Shown piece after piece: positions 1 to 9,174 of a DNA stretch of 30,717 nt (the first letter of the stretch is position 1; each line of letters begins with the position of its first letter). The notes under the pieces were generated by a model, which worked only from the letters and a program-made list of their open reading frames with translations, did no database searches and was not told where the DNA came from. The DNA comes from a virus (Duplodnaviria > Caudoviricetes): the IMG/VR virus record IMGVR_UViG_3300006916_000214, positions 1 to 30,717 of that record. One strand, given 5' to 3'. The position numbers and the translations under genes are program-made.

Positions 1-413
1 CCAAACCCGTCATTTGTAATACCATCATAGGTTTCAGATAAAGCAGGAACCCGCTCTTCTTCTCTTTGAGCTGCCGCCATGTCAGCGTACTTAGCTTCTT
101 CAAATCTCTGTCGAGACTCTTGCATCATACGTTGCTGATCTTGTGGGCTGATTGGAGAACCACTACGTTCAGGCGGAAGTTGTACCTTTTCTTTTGGATC
201 TCCTAATTGTATTTCACCAGCCGCAGCTTGTCTTGCCAGCTCTTGAATATTACCTTCACGAGTCTGTACAGGCTGCTGTTCAAGAGAAGGAGGACCAGCT
301 TCAATCATTCTTTCAACGACAGTCTTAGGCCGCAAAGAAAGCTGACGCTGACTACGAGCAGCAGCTTCTTGGCCAGCCTGTTGACCAACGTTTTGTGTTA
401 CTTTAATTGCCAT
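1..413 (-). CDS. N-terminus of a protein truncated by the window edge; probable further internal virion/ejection-cluster protein
   Basis: Not in the ORF track. Read manually: GGAGG RBS, ATG at 413, MAIKVTQNVGQQAGQEAAARSQRQLSLRPK..., frame open to base 1; overlaps the end of the 1316-aa gene. Confidence 0.8.
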   Translation of the reverse strand, partial: MAIKVTQNVGQQAGQEAAARSQRQLSLRPKTVVERMIEAGPPSLEQQPVQTREGNIQELARQAAAGEIQLGDPKEKVQLPPERSGSPISPQDQQRMMQESRQRFEEAKYADMAAAQREEERVPALSETYDGITNDGF

Positions 414-3400
414 CCGGACCTCCGAAACCCCATTGTGGTAGATCTTTAGTTTGTTGATGTATTGCTTGAACTAACGGCGAAATGCGAACTGCTGCATAAC
501 CCGGAGTCTTTTCACCTGTTGCTACATCCACGCCTAGACCTCCCAATCTTAATGCTTTACTTAATGCAGCTGACTCGCCTGACACGGTGCCAAACGCCCA
601 GCCAATATTTGTTTTGTATCTTTCTTCATACATCGGAAAGACAAAGTCAATTACACGCTCACCTGTACCAAGCAGACCACTAGCTCCTACACCACGACGA
701 ATGTACTCAGCTCCGCTAAAGTAAGGAGTTGTCTTGCCGTATTTCAGCAGGTCTTTCAAATGCTGTGATACGAATCCAAGCAAGATCATTGTAGACATGG
801 TCGCAAAGATATTATACTTCATAGCCGGTGTACCACGCTTTACGTATTCTCCCCACATCTTTGGAATATGGTTAGCTGTAAACGTAGCAATAAAGCCTTG
901 GAACTGAGTAAAGAACGCAAACCTTGGATCTTGAAAAATCTTAGGTCTGTTAGCCGCTTGTGGCATGGCTACAGCTTCATTAACAAAGTTAAATGTAGCG
1001 TCACGCATAAAGTCGTCAAACAACTTATTACGTTCTTCAGTAGCTTCAAAAGGATTACCGTCAGCGTCTTTACCACTAATGTAGTTCATCATAAACTCAA
1101 CATCAATGCCAAGATTACGAATAGCTTCTTCAGCTTCAGCAGCTTCGTTAGTAAATACACCAGTATTTCTAGCAGCGATTACAACAGACAGATGATCAGT
1201 AATAAAATCACCAGCAATCGCAGCCCGTGAGGCACGCGTAGCATTAGTCCATTGCTGTAGCAGTATAACTTTAAAGTACATGTCAAGGATCTTTTGACGC
1301 CAATGACCTGTTTCACTAACACCTGTAGTATGAGCAGCACCAACTTCCCAATCGAAGAAGCCAAGATCTTTAGCTACTGCATGGCCACCACTATCACGCT
1401 TGTGAGGTGTTGGCATATTTGTAGCAGCGCCATAAGCTCTTGTTGCAGTGTTACCAATCTCATCTACAAAGGCTCTAGCCATAGAGTTTAGACTACCATC
1501 TTTCTCTTTGCCTTTGCCGAAGATCTGATCGACAGTCATGCCTTTGAATACAAGCGCAGCTTCAACAAAGTTTGAGATAACCGCAAGCGGTAGACCAGTA
1601 ATAGTAGTAACAAACAACAGGTTCTTTTGAACCCAGTTAATTACAGGATTATTAAGTCTCTTGTAGTTACCAGACTCTGCGTCAAAGTAGTCTTTCATCT
1701 CTTTAGCAAGCGCGTCTACTCTAGCCTTTGCTTCGTTAGCTCCCATGCCGGACTGAATAAGTTCTTTCTCAATCTTAGCAAGACGGTAGTTAAGCTTTTT
1801 GTTATCACTACCAACGTACTCTTCAAGCACGGTATAACGAACAGCAGACTTAGCCGCGTTAGAGATGTTTGTGAATAGGTCGTTTTCCATAAATGGCGCA
1901 AACGCTTCTCTTTCAGACAGACCAAGATCACGCTGTTTATGAGAACCTGGTTTGAACTTCTTACGGTCAGTTACTGAGAAGGCGTCATCAAGAGAGGCTA
2001 CACCATCCATATTAAGAATAGCTTCGGCCACTTCTTTTGCCTGATCAGGGTTCATATTATACTCTTGCATAAGAGCAGCTTCAAACCCAGCTTGATTAGC
2101 TTCAACAGCTTCTTTGTTAATTGACTTGAACTTAGACAGATAGTCGAAAATATAACCAAGATCTTTGTTATGTACTGCCTGCATTGAGTGCAGCCGGTCG
2201 CCAACGTCTCGAAGTAGTTTATTAAATGCTATAAACTCAGCCTTCTTATCAGCAAGCGGGCCTTCAAGATCTGTATCCCAGTTTATTTCTCTACCTTCGC
2301 TCTTTGCCTTGGCAAGCGCGCGTTGATATGCAGTATAGTACTCTTCACTAAACTGAATACGTGAACTACGCTTATCGTTTCTATCAAAGGCAGCTAGCAG
2401 TCTATCTACTCCACCCATCATGTTACGAACTTCAGTAATCAAATGGTGTTTACGATTCTCGTATGTAGCGCCACTAGTAGATCTTTGAAGATTAGATCCT
2501 ACACTTTCACCAAATACACGTGCTTCAGTAGACTTGTTTTGTAGGTCTTCATCAAAAGCTTGACGAGTAAGACCACGCCATAGACCTGGTATAGCACGCC
2601 ATAGGTCTGCTCCGACTTGCATTACAGTCCGCTCTCTGCGACGCTTCATCTCACGATCTACACGTTGGTTCAAGTCTTCTATAAGATCTGGATCAGTAGC
2701 GTTGGCCTCAATACCAGCTGCTATGTTCTGATCTTGCACGTTAAACTGTACGCCACGCTCAGCAATATCTTGCTTTGCCTTATTTCCGGCCCAAGACCTT
2801 CGCTTCATATCGTCTGGAGCTTTACGGTGAGCTACGTCTACCCAAGCACCATAGTCGTATAGTGTTCCGGGAACGGAGAACGCTCCACCCAAAGTACCAC
2901 CGGCGATCGAGGCCTCAATAAGACGGTCGTTGAATTCGTTTGCATCCCAATCACGGAAATTATTAGCAGCATGAGCAGCCGTGTAACCAATACCCTCTTG
3001 AATTGCTTCAGTTCCAGCTTCACCAAGACCACCTACTCCTACCTTTTTTAAAGCAGTACGTGCTACGTTTCTAGCTCCAATCTGTTGCTTTGCAAACTTA
3101 GCAGCATCAGTTGCTAGTGCTGCTGTCTCTGCACGAGAAGCTCTAAGCAAGTAATCTTTAGCTTCATTTGCGGTCTTAATGTTTACATGATCGCCTTTCT
3201 TACTTTTAATCAAAGCTTGAACCGCTTGATCACGCCCTTCTTTTGTAAGCAAGGTACCTTTAGCGAGGAACGACAAACCAACTCTATCAAGAACAGCTTG
3301 CGCGATACCGGTAGTTACAGCAAGAGCAGGATTTTTATTATCTCCTTCCATCTCATTGTAAACAGTGCCTGCATACAAAGCCGCAGGTGCCGCCATTGAT

Positions 3401-4353
3401 AGGCCACCTGTTGCAGGAGCTGCTACAGCGCCAAGAATAGATGTTGCCATGTAAGGAAGTGAGATAGCTGCGTTGTTAGCTATATACTGTAAGGCCCCTG
3501 ACTTACCCCAGAATGCATCAACATCCTTGTATGAGGTGATTATTTCAGGCTTGGCTTTAATGGCCTGACGAGCACGGTAAATACCTGCTTCGCCAACGTT
3601 ATCAGCCCACTCCCAGCCAGTAGCATCGCCAACTAGATCAAGAGCGCCATATAAACCTTCAATAGCGCCAGTAAGGCCTACATCCCAAGCTGTAGACAGC
3701 GGATTAGTGGCCTTATTTCTAAGATCTCGGTCAGGATGACGGAACATTACAGAGCCAGGAGCATAGCCGTAACCATGTTCAAGAGCTACTTCATTTAAGG
3801 CTTGTGTACGAAACTGCGCTTCGTAAATAGTCTCATCTTCAATAGCTTGAGAAATGGCGTCGCTTGCCAGGTCCCAGTCGTTCTTTTGTTCTGAGCCTGA
3901 TCCGAAAACTTTGGCAACCTCGAGAGAGCGAAGTGCCTCGTTGCTTGTGTATCTATTAGGATCTAAAACTCCTGATGAGATAACCATTCTTTCCCAGCTA
4001 CGACCAGCATCGTCTTGTAGATCAATGATTTCTCGACCGAAGTCGTCGAACTCGCCAGTCTTTACTACATTCGTAAATCCCTGCTCGCGTGCAAGGTTTT
4101 GCAAAGTAGTCGTAGCTGTAGCGCCCCCAACGGTACCTGGAGCGATAGCGTTGGGGCCAAAGATTTTAGTTATTTCAGGAGCGTCAATACCCTTCAAACG
4201 ATAACGTAAAGGATTTCCATTATCGTCTTTGTCAGATGTAGAAGCCAGAGTATCAGCATCGACGAAGTAATAATCTGGTGACAGTTGATTTGCTGCTACA
4301 AATTCGCCGTCTACGCGGGTAAACTTCGTAGCTAGCTGTTCAATTGCACTCAT
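403..4353 (-). CDS. Large internal virion (ejection) protein with N-terminal thermonuclease (SNase)-like domain
   Basis: 1316 aa, helical Ala/Gly-rich body with hydrophobic stretches; lies downstream of the tail/ejection genes. N-terminal motifs VDADT, RYRLKGIDAPE and DDFGRE match the SNase signature. Confidence 0.7.
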   Translation of the reverse strand: MSAIEQLATKFTRVDGEFVAANQLSPDYYFVDADTLASTSDKDDNGNPLRYRLKGIDAPEITKIFGPNAIAPGTVGGATATTTLQNLAREQGFTNVVKTGEFDDFGREIIDLQDDAGRSWERMVISSGVLDPNRYTSNEALRSLEVAKVFGSGSEQKNDWDLASDAISQAIEDETIYEAQFRTQALNEVALEHGYGYAPGSVMFRHPDRDLRNKATNPLSTAWDVGLTGAIEGLYGALDLVGDATGWEWADNVGEAGIYRARQAIKAKPEIITSYKDVDAFWGKSGALQYIANNAAISLPYMATSILGAVAAPATGGLSMAAPAALYAGTVYNEMEGDNKNPALAVTTGIAQAVLDRVGLSFLAKGTLLTKEGRDQAVQALIKSKKGDHVNIKTANEAKDYLLRASRAETAALATDAAKFAKQQIGARNVARTALKKVGVGGLGEAGTEAIQEGIGYTAAHAANNFRDWDANEFNDRLIEASIAGGTLGGAFSVPGTLYDYGAWVDVAHRKAPDDMKRRSWAGNKAKQDIAERGVQFNVQDQNIAAGIEANATDPDLIEDLNQRVDREMKRRRERTVMQVGADLWRAIPGLWRGLTRQAFDEDLQNKSTEARVFGESVGSNLQRSTSGATYENRKHHLITEVRNMMGGVDRLLAAFDRNDKRSSRIQFSEEYYTAYQRALAKAKSEGREINWDTDLEGPLADKKAEFIAFNKLLRDVGDRLHSMQAVHNKDLGYIFDYLSKFKSINKEAVEANQAGFEAALMQEYNMNPDQAKEVAEAILNMDGVASLDDAFSVTDRKKFKPGSHKQRDLGLSEREAFAPFMENDLFTNISNAAKSAVRYTVLEEYVGSDNKKLNYRLAKIEKELIQSGMGANEAKARVDALAKEMKDYFDAESGNYKRLNNPVINWVQKNLLFVTTITGLPLAVISNFVEAALVFKGMTVDQIFGKGKEKDGSLNSMARAFVDEIGNTATRAYGAATNMPTPHKRDSGGHAVAKDLGFFDWEVGAAHTTGVSETGHWRQKILDMYFKVILLQQWTNATRASRAAIAGDFITDHLSVVIAARNTGVFTNEAAEAEEAIRNLGIDVEFMMNYISGKDADGNPFEATEERNKLFDDFMRDATFNFVNEAVAMPQAANRPKIFQDPRFAFFTQFQGFIATFTANHIPKMWGEYVKRGTPAMKYNIFATMSTMILLGFVSQHLKDLLKYGKTTPYFSGAEYIRRGVGASGLLGTGERVIDFVFPMYEERYKTNIGWAFGTVSGESAALSKALRLGGLGVDVATGEKTPGYAAVRISPLVQAIHQQTKDLPQWGFGGPDGN

Positions 4354-4362
4354 AGTTTTCTC

Positions 4363-7300
4363 CTATTCTGCTGTTTTGACTGTGACTCCTTGAGTTTTAG
4401 CCATAAAGTCTGCAAGATCTTTTTGTACAAAGACCATAAACGGTGAAAGGCCTGTACCTTTAGCCATTCTCGTATACTGCTTGCGATCGTCATCGGTAAG
4501 TGTATTGTTCCACTCTTTAATCGCTTGCGTATAATACTGATTGGCCAAAACAAAGTTACTGCCTTTTCCACCAATTTGCTGCATAACAAAAGCTACATCA
4601 TCGTTAAGAGCCATGAACTGCTCAGGATCTACGGCTTGTCTATCATCGCCTTCGCCTACCATAAACAAGTCTGGATACTCGGTCTTCTCACGAATAACAA
4701 GACTATCTAGATAAGGAATCAAGCTTTGAGCTCGTGAACCATCTTGACGATCGTCGTTAATAGCATCTTGCATAGCTAACTGAAGTAGACCACCAACTCT
4801 TTCCATGTCAACGCCATTCTTGACAGCCCATTCAGCTACCTTACGGCCTTCAACTTCTGGATTGATGTCAGTCTTGTACATTGCACTACCATCTTTACCT
4901 TCTCCGATCTTAGTCTTCATAGACTTGATGATAGCTACATTGTCTTTAGAGTTTGAACTTACTCTAGACTCGTAAGCTTCAGTACCAGGTACATCACGCT
5001 CGTCTTCACGATAGTTATATTGATTAATAACCTTTCCGTTTTGATCTACGTAGAATGTATTATCTCCTTGTACTACCTTTTCGCCAGTAATTTTCTTACC
5101 GCCTTCTCCATAGAAAGTCTTATATTCGCCTTTACGCTGAATAGGCTTTCCAACTGGAATAAGATCAGAAATTTTACCGGTCTCACGGTAGAGTTCAAGA
5201 GAGTCTGGCGTAAACTTGCCAACGTTTGTTTGTAGGAACTTATCACGATTAGCCACCTTTGCGTCAACACGAGTAATGTAGTTCTTAGCTGCAAAGCCCA
5301 TAGAACCTTGATGAGAGTAACCCATTGCACGAGAACCAAGATACATAACAGCCATACGTGCAAGCTCTTTCTTGTCGAACAAGTCGCCAAACAAAGACTT
5401 AAACATTGACTCAGCTTCTTTCTTCTTGCCGTCGTCTTGTTTATCACCTTCATTTTGAACAGAGCCAGCGTCAGAGTTATCTCCTGGCTGGTCTTCAGCA
5501 GGACCAGTATGGTTTTGTCCTTTCTGAATAATGCTTGCAATAGTCTCTGACTTCTTAGTTTCTTTGTCAGGTTCTGTAGTAGGAGTCATGTTCGATGCGG
5601 TGTTAGCATCTGATGATGAGCCACCTTCGTTAAGAACTTCAGCCGCTGCTTGGTTATCTTCAAGAGCCTGTGTCTGAGATTCAGAAGCACCGGACAAAAT
5701 GGCATGACGAGAAGATTGTGATTCACCAGTCTTGTCTGGAGTATTGTACTCACGCCACTCAGACGGCGACTTAGGCTTAACGCCTGCTGACCGAGCTCTA
5801 CGCAAGTAGGCTTGATAAGCTTCAGAGTTTTCAGTATTGTAATCCATACGAGCTTCAGGAGTATCTCCAAACTGACGTGGATCTGCACGCTCTACCACTG
5901 GTTTTGGTGGAGCTGTAGGCGCTGTACCAAGATCGTCACCATCCTTTTCAGGTGGCGCTACCATAGTAGGAACAGTGCCAAGGTCTTCCCGATCAGTCGT
6001 ATCTTTAGCTACTTCACTCTCCGCTCTAAGCACGGCCCTTTCAACATCCGGATCTTTCATTATATTACTAGCAAACGGCAAATCCTTAGGCTCTGGCGGA
6101 GCCTGAGAGGCCACTGGCACGCCAGTCGGGGCAGTACCAAGGTCGTCAGCTGAGTCTCCTACAGCGCGATCGTAGAGTTCGGCTTGTTGAATGCCATAAT
6201 TAAACTCTGGAATGTTTGATCTCATGCCTCTTACGCCAGTAACAAGATCAGTTGGGTCAACCATTTCGCCGCCAAGTTGCTTATAATCTACAAACGAACC
6301 TTGCCTTGACTGGTTGAAGATAGGTAAGCCACCAAATAGCGTCTCCAATAACGTAGGTGGACGCGAACCGTCATCAACAGGACGCGGTGGAGATTCTTGG
6401 TTTGACGGTGGAAGAGGTACTTGTGGTGCAGGGTCTTCTCCTTTTTGATTAGTAATAAAGTCTGAAAATTCTCTAGCATATTGCATTCTACGTTCAGATG
6501 CAGGCTTACCTGCTTTTTCGTAGTCTTGTAGAAAATATTGAGTCGCAGCTTCAGGACTTTGAGAGTTACTTAGATTATCACGAACGTTCTTAAATTCGCC
6601 ACCCATCTCTTGCATCATAAAGTCTAACTGCGTATTGATGTCATCCATCGGCATATCTTTGTCTGCAGCAAACTTTTTCAAGTCATCACGACGAGATTCT
6701 GTCCATTGAGCAAGACCGTAGCCTTGACCTGGAAAGTAAGAGTCTACAGGCTTTACGCCAAAATTAGGGTTTTTACTGCCGTCAGACTTGTATTTATTTG
6801 CATACTTTTGATTATGCTGCTTAGCGCCTGGATTAAAGCCCGACTCAGTTTCAAAGTTAGCAACAATACCTACTGCTGCGTTATGACTAAAACCTCTATC
6901 ACGAAGTCTATCGTAAATAGATGAGGCTGCTAGATATGGAGGACGAGGCTGTGGCATAGGAACATTGCCGCCATCTTCAAAGTAATTTGTGATCTTAGAC
7001 AGCAAGCCTTCTTCCTGATTACGGCGCCTTTTAATTTCTTCCCGATAATCTTGCATCGCTTCTTTTGCTTTGCCACCGCGTCTTCCTTCTCCCCACATGT
7101 ATCCAGGTATTTGTTTAATAGTATCGACTATTGAATAGCCACCTTCGCTACGATGTACTGGATGATACTTGCCGCCCTCAACAGAGCCACCATCATGCAT
7201 CTTAGCGTCTTGTATTTCACGACCGTGATCGTTCATTTTCTCAATGACATCGCCGTACATGTCTGTAGCTTCTTTGTTAACTACAAACTCGCCCGGAGTA

Positions 7301-7458
7301 AGCCATGCAGGTACAGTATCAGTACCTTTTGGCTCGCCTGGATGGTCATACACCATAGGTATTTCTTGTAGCATAGGCACAGGCAAACCTTCAGTGTCGA
7401 ACTCCATGGAAATCATATTACCATAACGGTCTTTTCGCTCAAACTTTTTAAGCTTCAT
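4363..7458 (-). CDS. Internal virion protein with phage tail lysozyme-like (Phage_lysozyme2-type) peptidoglycan hydrolase domain
   Basis: 1031 aa, RBS TAGGAGG. Motifs RGFSHNAAVGIVANFETESGFNP, GYGLAQWT..RR, TQLDFMMQEM, FLQDYEKAG and ERRMQYA (~6460-6925). Also has the DTVPAWLTPGEFVVN motif seen in tape-measure/ejection proteins. Confidence 0.75.
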   Translation of the reverse strand: MKLKKFERKDRYGNMISMEFDTEGLPVPMLQEIPMVYDHPGEPKGTDTVPAWLTPGEFVVNKEATDMYGDVIEKMNDHGREIQDAKMHDGGSVEGGKYHPVHRSEGGYSIVDTIKQIPGYMWGEGRRGGKAKEAMQDYREEIKRRRNQEEGLLSKITNYFEDGGNVPMPQPRPPYLAASSIYDRLRDRGFSHNAAVGIVANFETESGFNPGAKQHNQKYANKYKSDGSKNPNFGVKPVDSYFPGQGYGLAQWTESRRDDLKKFAADKDMPMDDINTQLDFMMQEMGGEFKNVRDNLSNSQSPEAATQYFLQDYEKAGKPASERRMQYAREFSDFITNQKGEDPAPQVPLPPSNQESPPRPVDDGSRPPTLLETLFGGLPIFNQSRQGSFVDYKQLGGEMVDPTDLVTGVRGMRSNIPEFNYGIQQAELYDRAVGDSADDLGTAPTGVPVASQAPPEPKDLPFASNIMKDPDVERAVLRAESEVAKDTTDREDLGTVPTMVAPPEKDGDDLGTAPTAPPKPVVERADPRQFGDTPEARMDYNTENSEAYQAYLRRARSAGVKPKSPSEWREYNTPDKTGESQSSRHAILSGASESQTQALEDNQAAAEVLNEGGSSSDANTASNMTPTTEPDKETKKSETIASIIQKGQNHTGPAEDQPGDNSDAGSVQNEGDKQDDGKKKEAESMFKSLFGDLFDKKELARMAVMYLGSRAMGYSHQGSMGFAAKNYITRVDAKVANRDKFLQTNVGKFTPDSLELYRETGKISDLIPVGKPIQRKGEYKTFYGEGGKKITGEKVVQGDNTFYVDQNGKVINQYNYREDERDVPGTEAYESRVSSNSKDNVAIIKSMKTKIGEGKDGSAMYKTDINPEVEGRKVAEWAVKNGVDMERVGGLLQLAMQDAINDDRQDGSRAQSLIPYLDSLVIREKTEYPDLFMVGEGDDRQAVDPEQFMALNDDVAFVMQQIGGKGSNFVLANQYYTQAIKEWNNTLTDDDRKQYTRMAKGTGLSPFMVFVQKDLADFMAKTQGVTVKTAE

Positions 7459-7467
7459 GATTCCCTC

Positions 7468-8139
7468 CTACTGAGACAATGGTCCTTTCATTTGTAGTTG
7501 TAGCTCTTCTGAGATGCCACCACCCTTATTTTTATATGTTACCTTTGAGATACCTGCTAGTGACAAAGGTCCATGCACTTCACCACCACGATTAAATAGT
7601 CCAAACGCCTTACCAGCAAGTAGGCCCATACCAATGTAAGGAACAGCGGCGCCAAGAGCGGCCATACCTCCGCCGGCAGCTGCACCTCCGCTCATTCCTG
7701 CTAGCTTAGCCGCGGCGGTTGTTCCGCCTGTACTAGCTAAAGTTCCAGCACCAGCCTTTGCGGCTAGTGTGCCAGGCAAGGCACCTGTAGTAGGAGCTGC
7801 TAGCATATTGGCTTTAGCCATAGTAGGCCCTAGCGACTGCGCCGCAGTACTAGCATTAGCGATTGTTGGTCCACCAGGCAAAGCGGTAAGAGTAGGAGAA
7901 GCAGGAGTAAAAGCTCCTTTAATGCCTGTCATAACCTTATCAAAGCCTGTCTGCATGGCAGTTTCTACTGGTGCAGTAGCCATTTCAACGCCTTTCCGCA
8001 TGACCATATCTTTAGCCATGCCAGTAGCCTGGTCTGTAAGAGAAGGCTTAGAGGCTAGCGGACCAGGAGGAGGCGCTTGAGTAGGGCGAATGTTTTGACC
8101 TGTACCTTTAGTATCAGGAGTTGCAATACTTACAGCCAT
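7468..8139 (-). CDS. Ala/Gly-rich internal virion/ejection protein
   Basis: 223 aa, low-complexity A/G/T/M composition with a hydrophobic segment (ALGAAVPYIGMGLLAGKAFGLF); position in the ejection cluster. Confidence 0.6.
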   Translation of the reverse strand: MAVSIATPDTKGTGQNIRPTQAPPPGPLASKPSLTDQATGMAKDMVMRKGVEMATAPVETAMQTGFDKVMTGIKGAFTPASPTLTALPGGPTIANASTAAQSLGPTMAKANMLAAPTTGALPGTLAAKAGAGTLASTGGTTAAAKLAGMSGGAAAGGGMAALGAAVPYIGMGLLAGKAFGLFNRGGEVHGPLSLAGISKVTYKNKGGGISEELQLQMKGPLSQ

Positions 8140-8777
8140 TACTTACCTCCACCGCCGCTTTGAGTTTGTGTTGTAGTTTGTGGAGCACCTGACAAATAGC
8201 CAAAGTAGCGTTCAGCACTTGTGTGTGGTGCATCAAGCCGGCGTTGTGCGTATTCTTGATAAGCACTACCAACTTCTCCAAGAGCGCCAACTCCGCCTTC
8301 TGAAATCTTCATACGGTCTTTGGCAAATTCATATCCTTTATCTGCTAGCGCAGCTTGTTGTGCACGTATAGATCTCGCAGAACCGAGAGCAGTAGGACTA
8401 GCAGCCATTTGTTGACCAGCAAGATTTTGCAGCTGTCGTTGTGTTTCACCTTTTACGTCATAGATACCTGTACCTGAGATAGCATCACGGGCCAAGCGTT
8501 CTTGTTCTCCAAGCGCTTGTGTTTGGCGAGGATCTAGCTTAGCTACGATGGCGTCAGGACCTTGTGCTACTTCGCGTTCGTATCTATCTGTTACGTCGCT
8601 AAGCGCACGTTCAAGGTAAGGCTTAAACTCTTCGTCGATACCTGATTTGGTAACGGTTTGGCCTCCACCTCCTCCGCCTTTATAGCAGATATGGGAGTTC
8701 AGTTTCTTGTCAAGCGGCGCATAGCCAGTCTCAACAACTACTCCCATTAAGTCTTCAAAAATTTCGTCTTCAAACAT
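8139..8777 (-). CDS. Small ejection/DNA pilot protein (positional analogue of P22 gp7)
   Basis: 212 aa, Gln/Ala-rich helical body, KGGGGGG after a 32-aa leader, Thr/Gly-rich C-terminus; follows the GNAT-like gene. Confidence 0.6.
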   Translation of the reverse strand: MFEDEIFEDLMGVVVETGYAPLDKKLNSHICYKGGGGGGQTVTKSGIDEEFKPYLERALSDVTDRYEREVAQGPDAIVAKLDPRQTQALGEQERLARDAISGTGIYDVKGETQRQLQNLAGQQMAASPTALGSARSIRAQQAALADKGYEFAKDRMKISEGGVGALGEVGSAYQEYAQRRLDAPHTSAERYFGYLSGAPQTTTQTQSGGGGK

Positions 8778-9167
8778 TTATAGCTCCTTGATTAGGACTG
8801 TGTATGGTTCATGATAGTCTTTCAATACACGCTTCCATCCTTTACGTCCCCAGATGGAAACGTTCCGACAGCCAATATCTCGAGCGAATTGCTCCATCAC
8901 TTCGAGAAAGGCCGGACCTACTTCAAACCAGTTCTTGCCACCACAGGCGACAATTTGTAGCTGGTTGTATTGGCTAAATCGGATTATGCGAGTAATACAA
9001 AAACCATCCTCATGTGCCCAACACTGGGCTATACCATCTAAACATTCTAGAAACAGGTCATGAGTAGAACTTTCGCCAAGGCCATGGGCCACAGCTCGAG
9101 CAATTTGCGGTTCTATCTCACCCCATCGTAAAGCAAGTTCTTCTTTGTCTAGTAGTTTAGCTGTCAT
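8778..9167 (-). CDS. GNAT-fold-like virion assembly protein (positional analogue of P22 gp14 / T7 gp13)
   Basis: Start moved to ATG 9167 (MTAKLLDK) behind GAGG; 129 aa. Motifs LQIVACGG and GCRNVSIWGRKGWKRVL are typical of this podophage family. Confidence 0.6.
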   Translation of the reverse strand: MTAKLLDKEELALRWGEIEPQIARAVAHGLGESSTHDLFLECLDGIAQCWAHEDGFCITRIIRFSQYNQLQIVACGGKNWFEVGPAFLEVMEQFARDIGCRNVSIWGRKGWKRVLKDYHEPYTVLIKEL

Positions 9168-9174
9168 TATATCC

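Noticed and set aside
207-7426. Numerous 60-155 aa plus-strand and off-frame ORFs over the large ejection genes
   Set aside because: Nearly all lie within long, well-supported minus-strand genes and have atypical composition.
4363-7458. Calling the 1031-aa protein a siphovirus tape measure protein
   Set aside because: It shares the PGEFV motif, but there are no tail tube, tail assembly chaperone frameshift pair or baseplate genes, and the context is podovirus-like.
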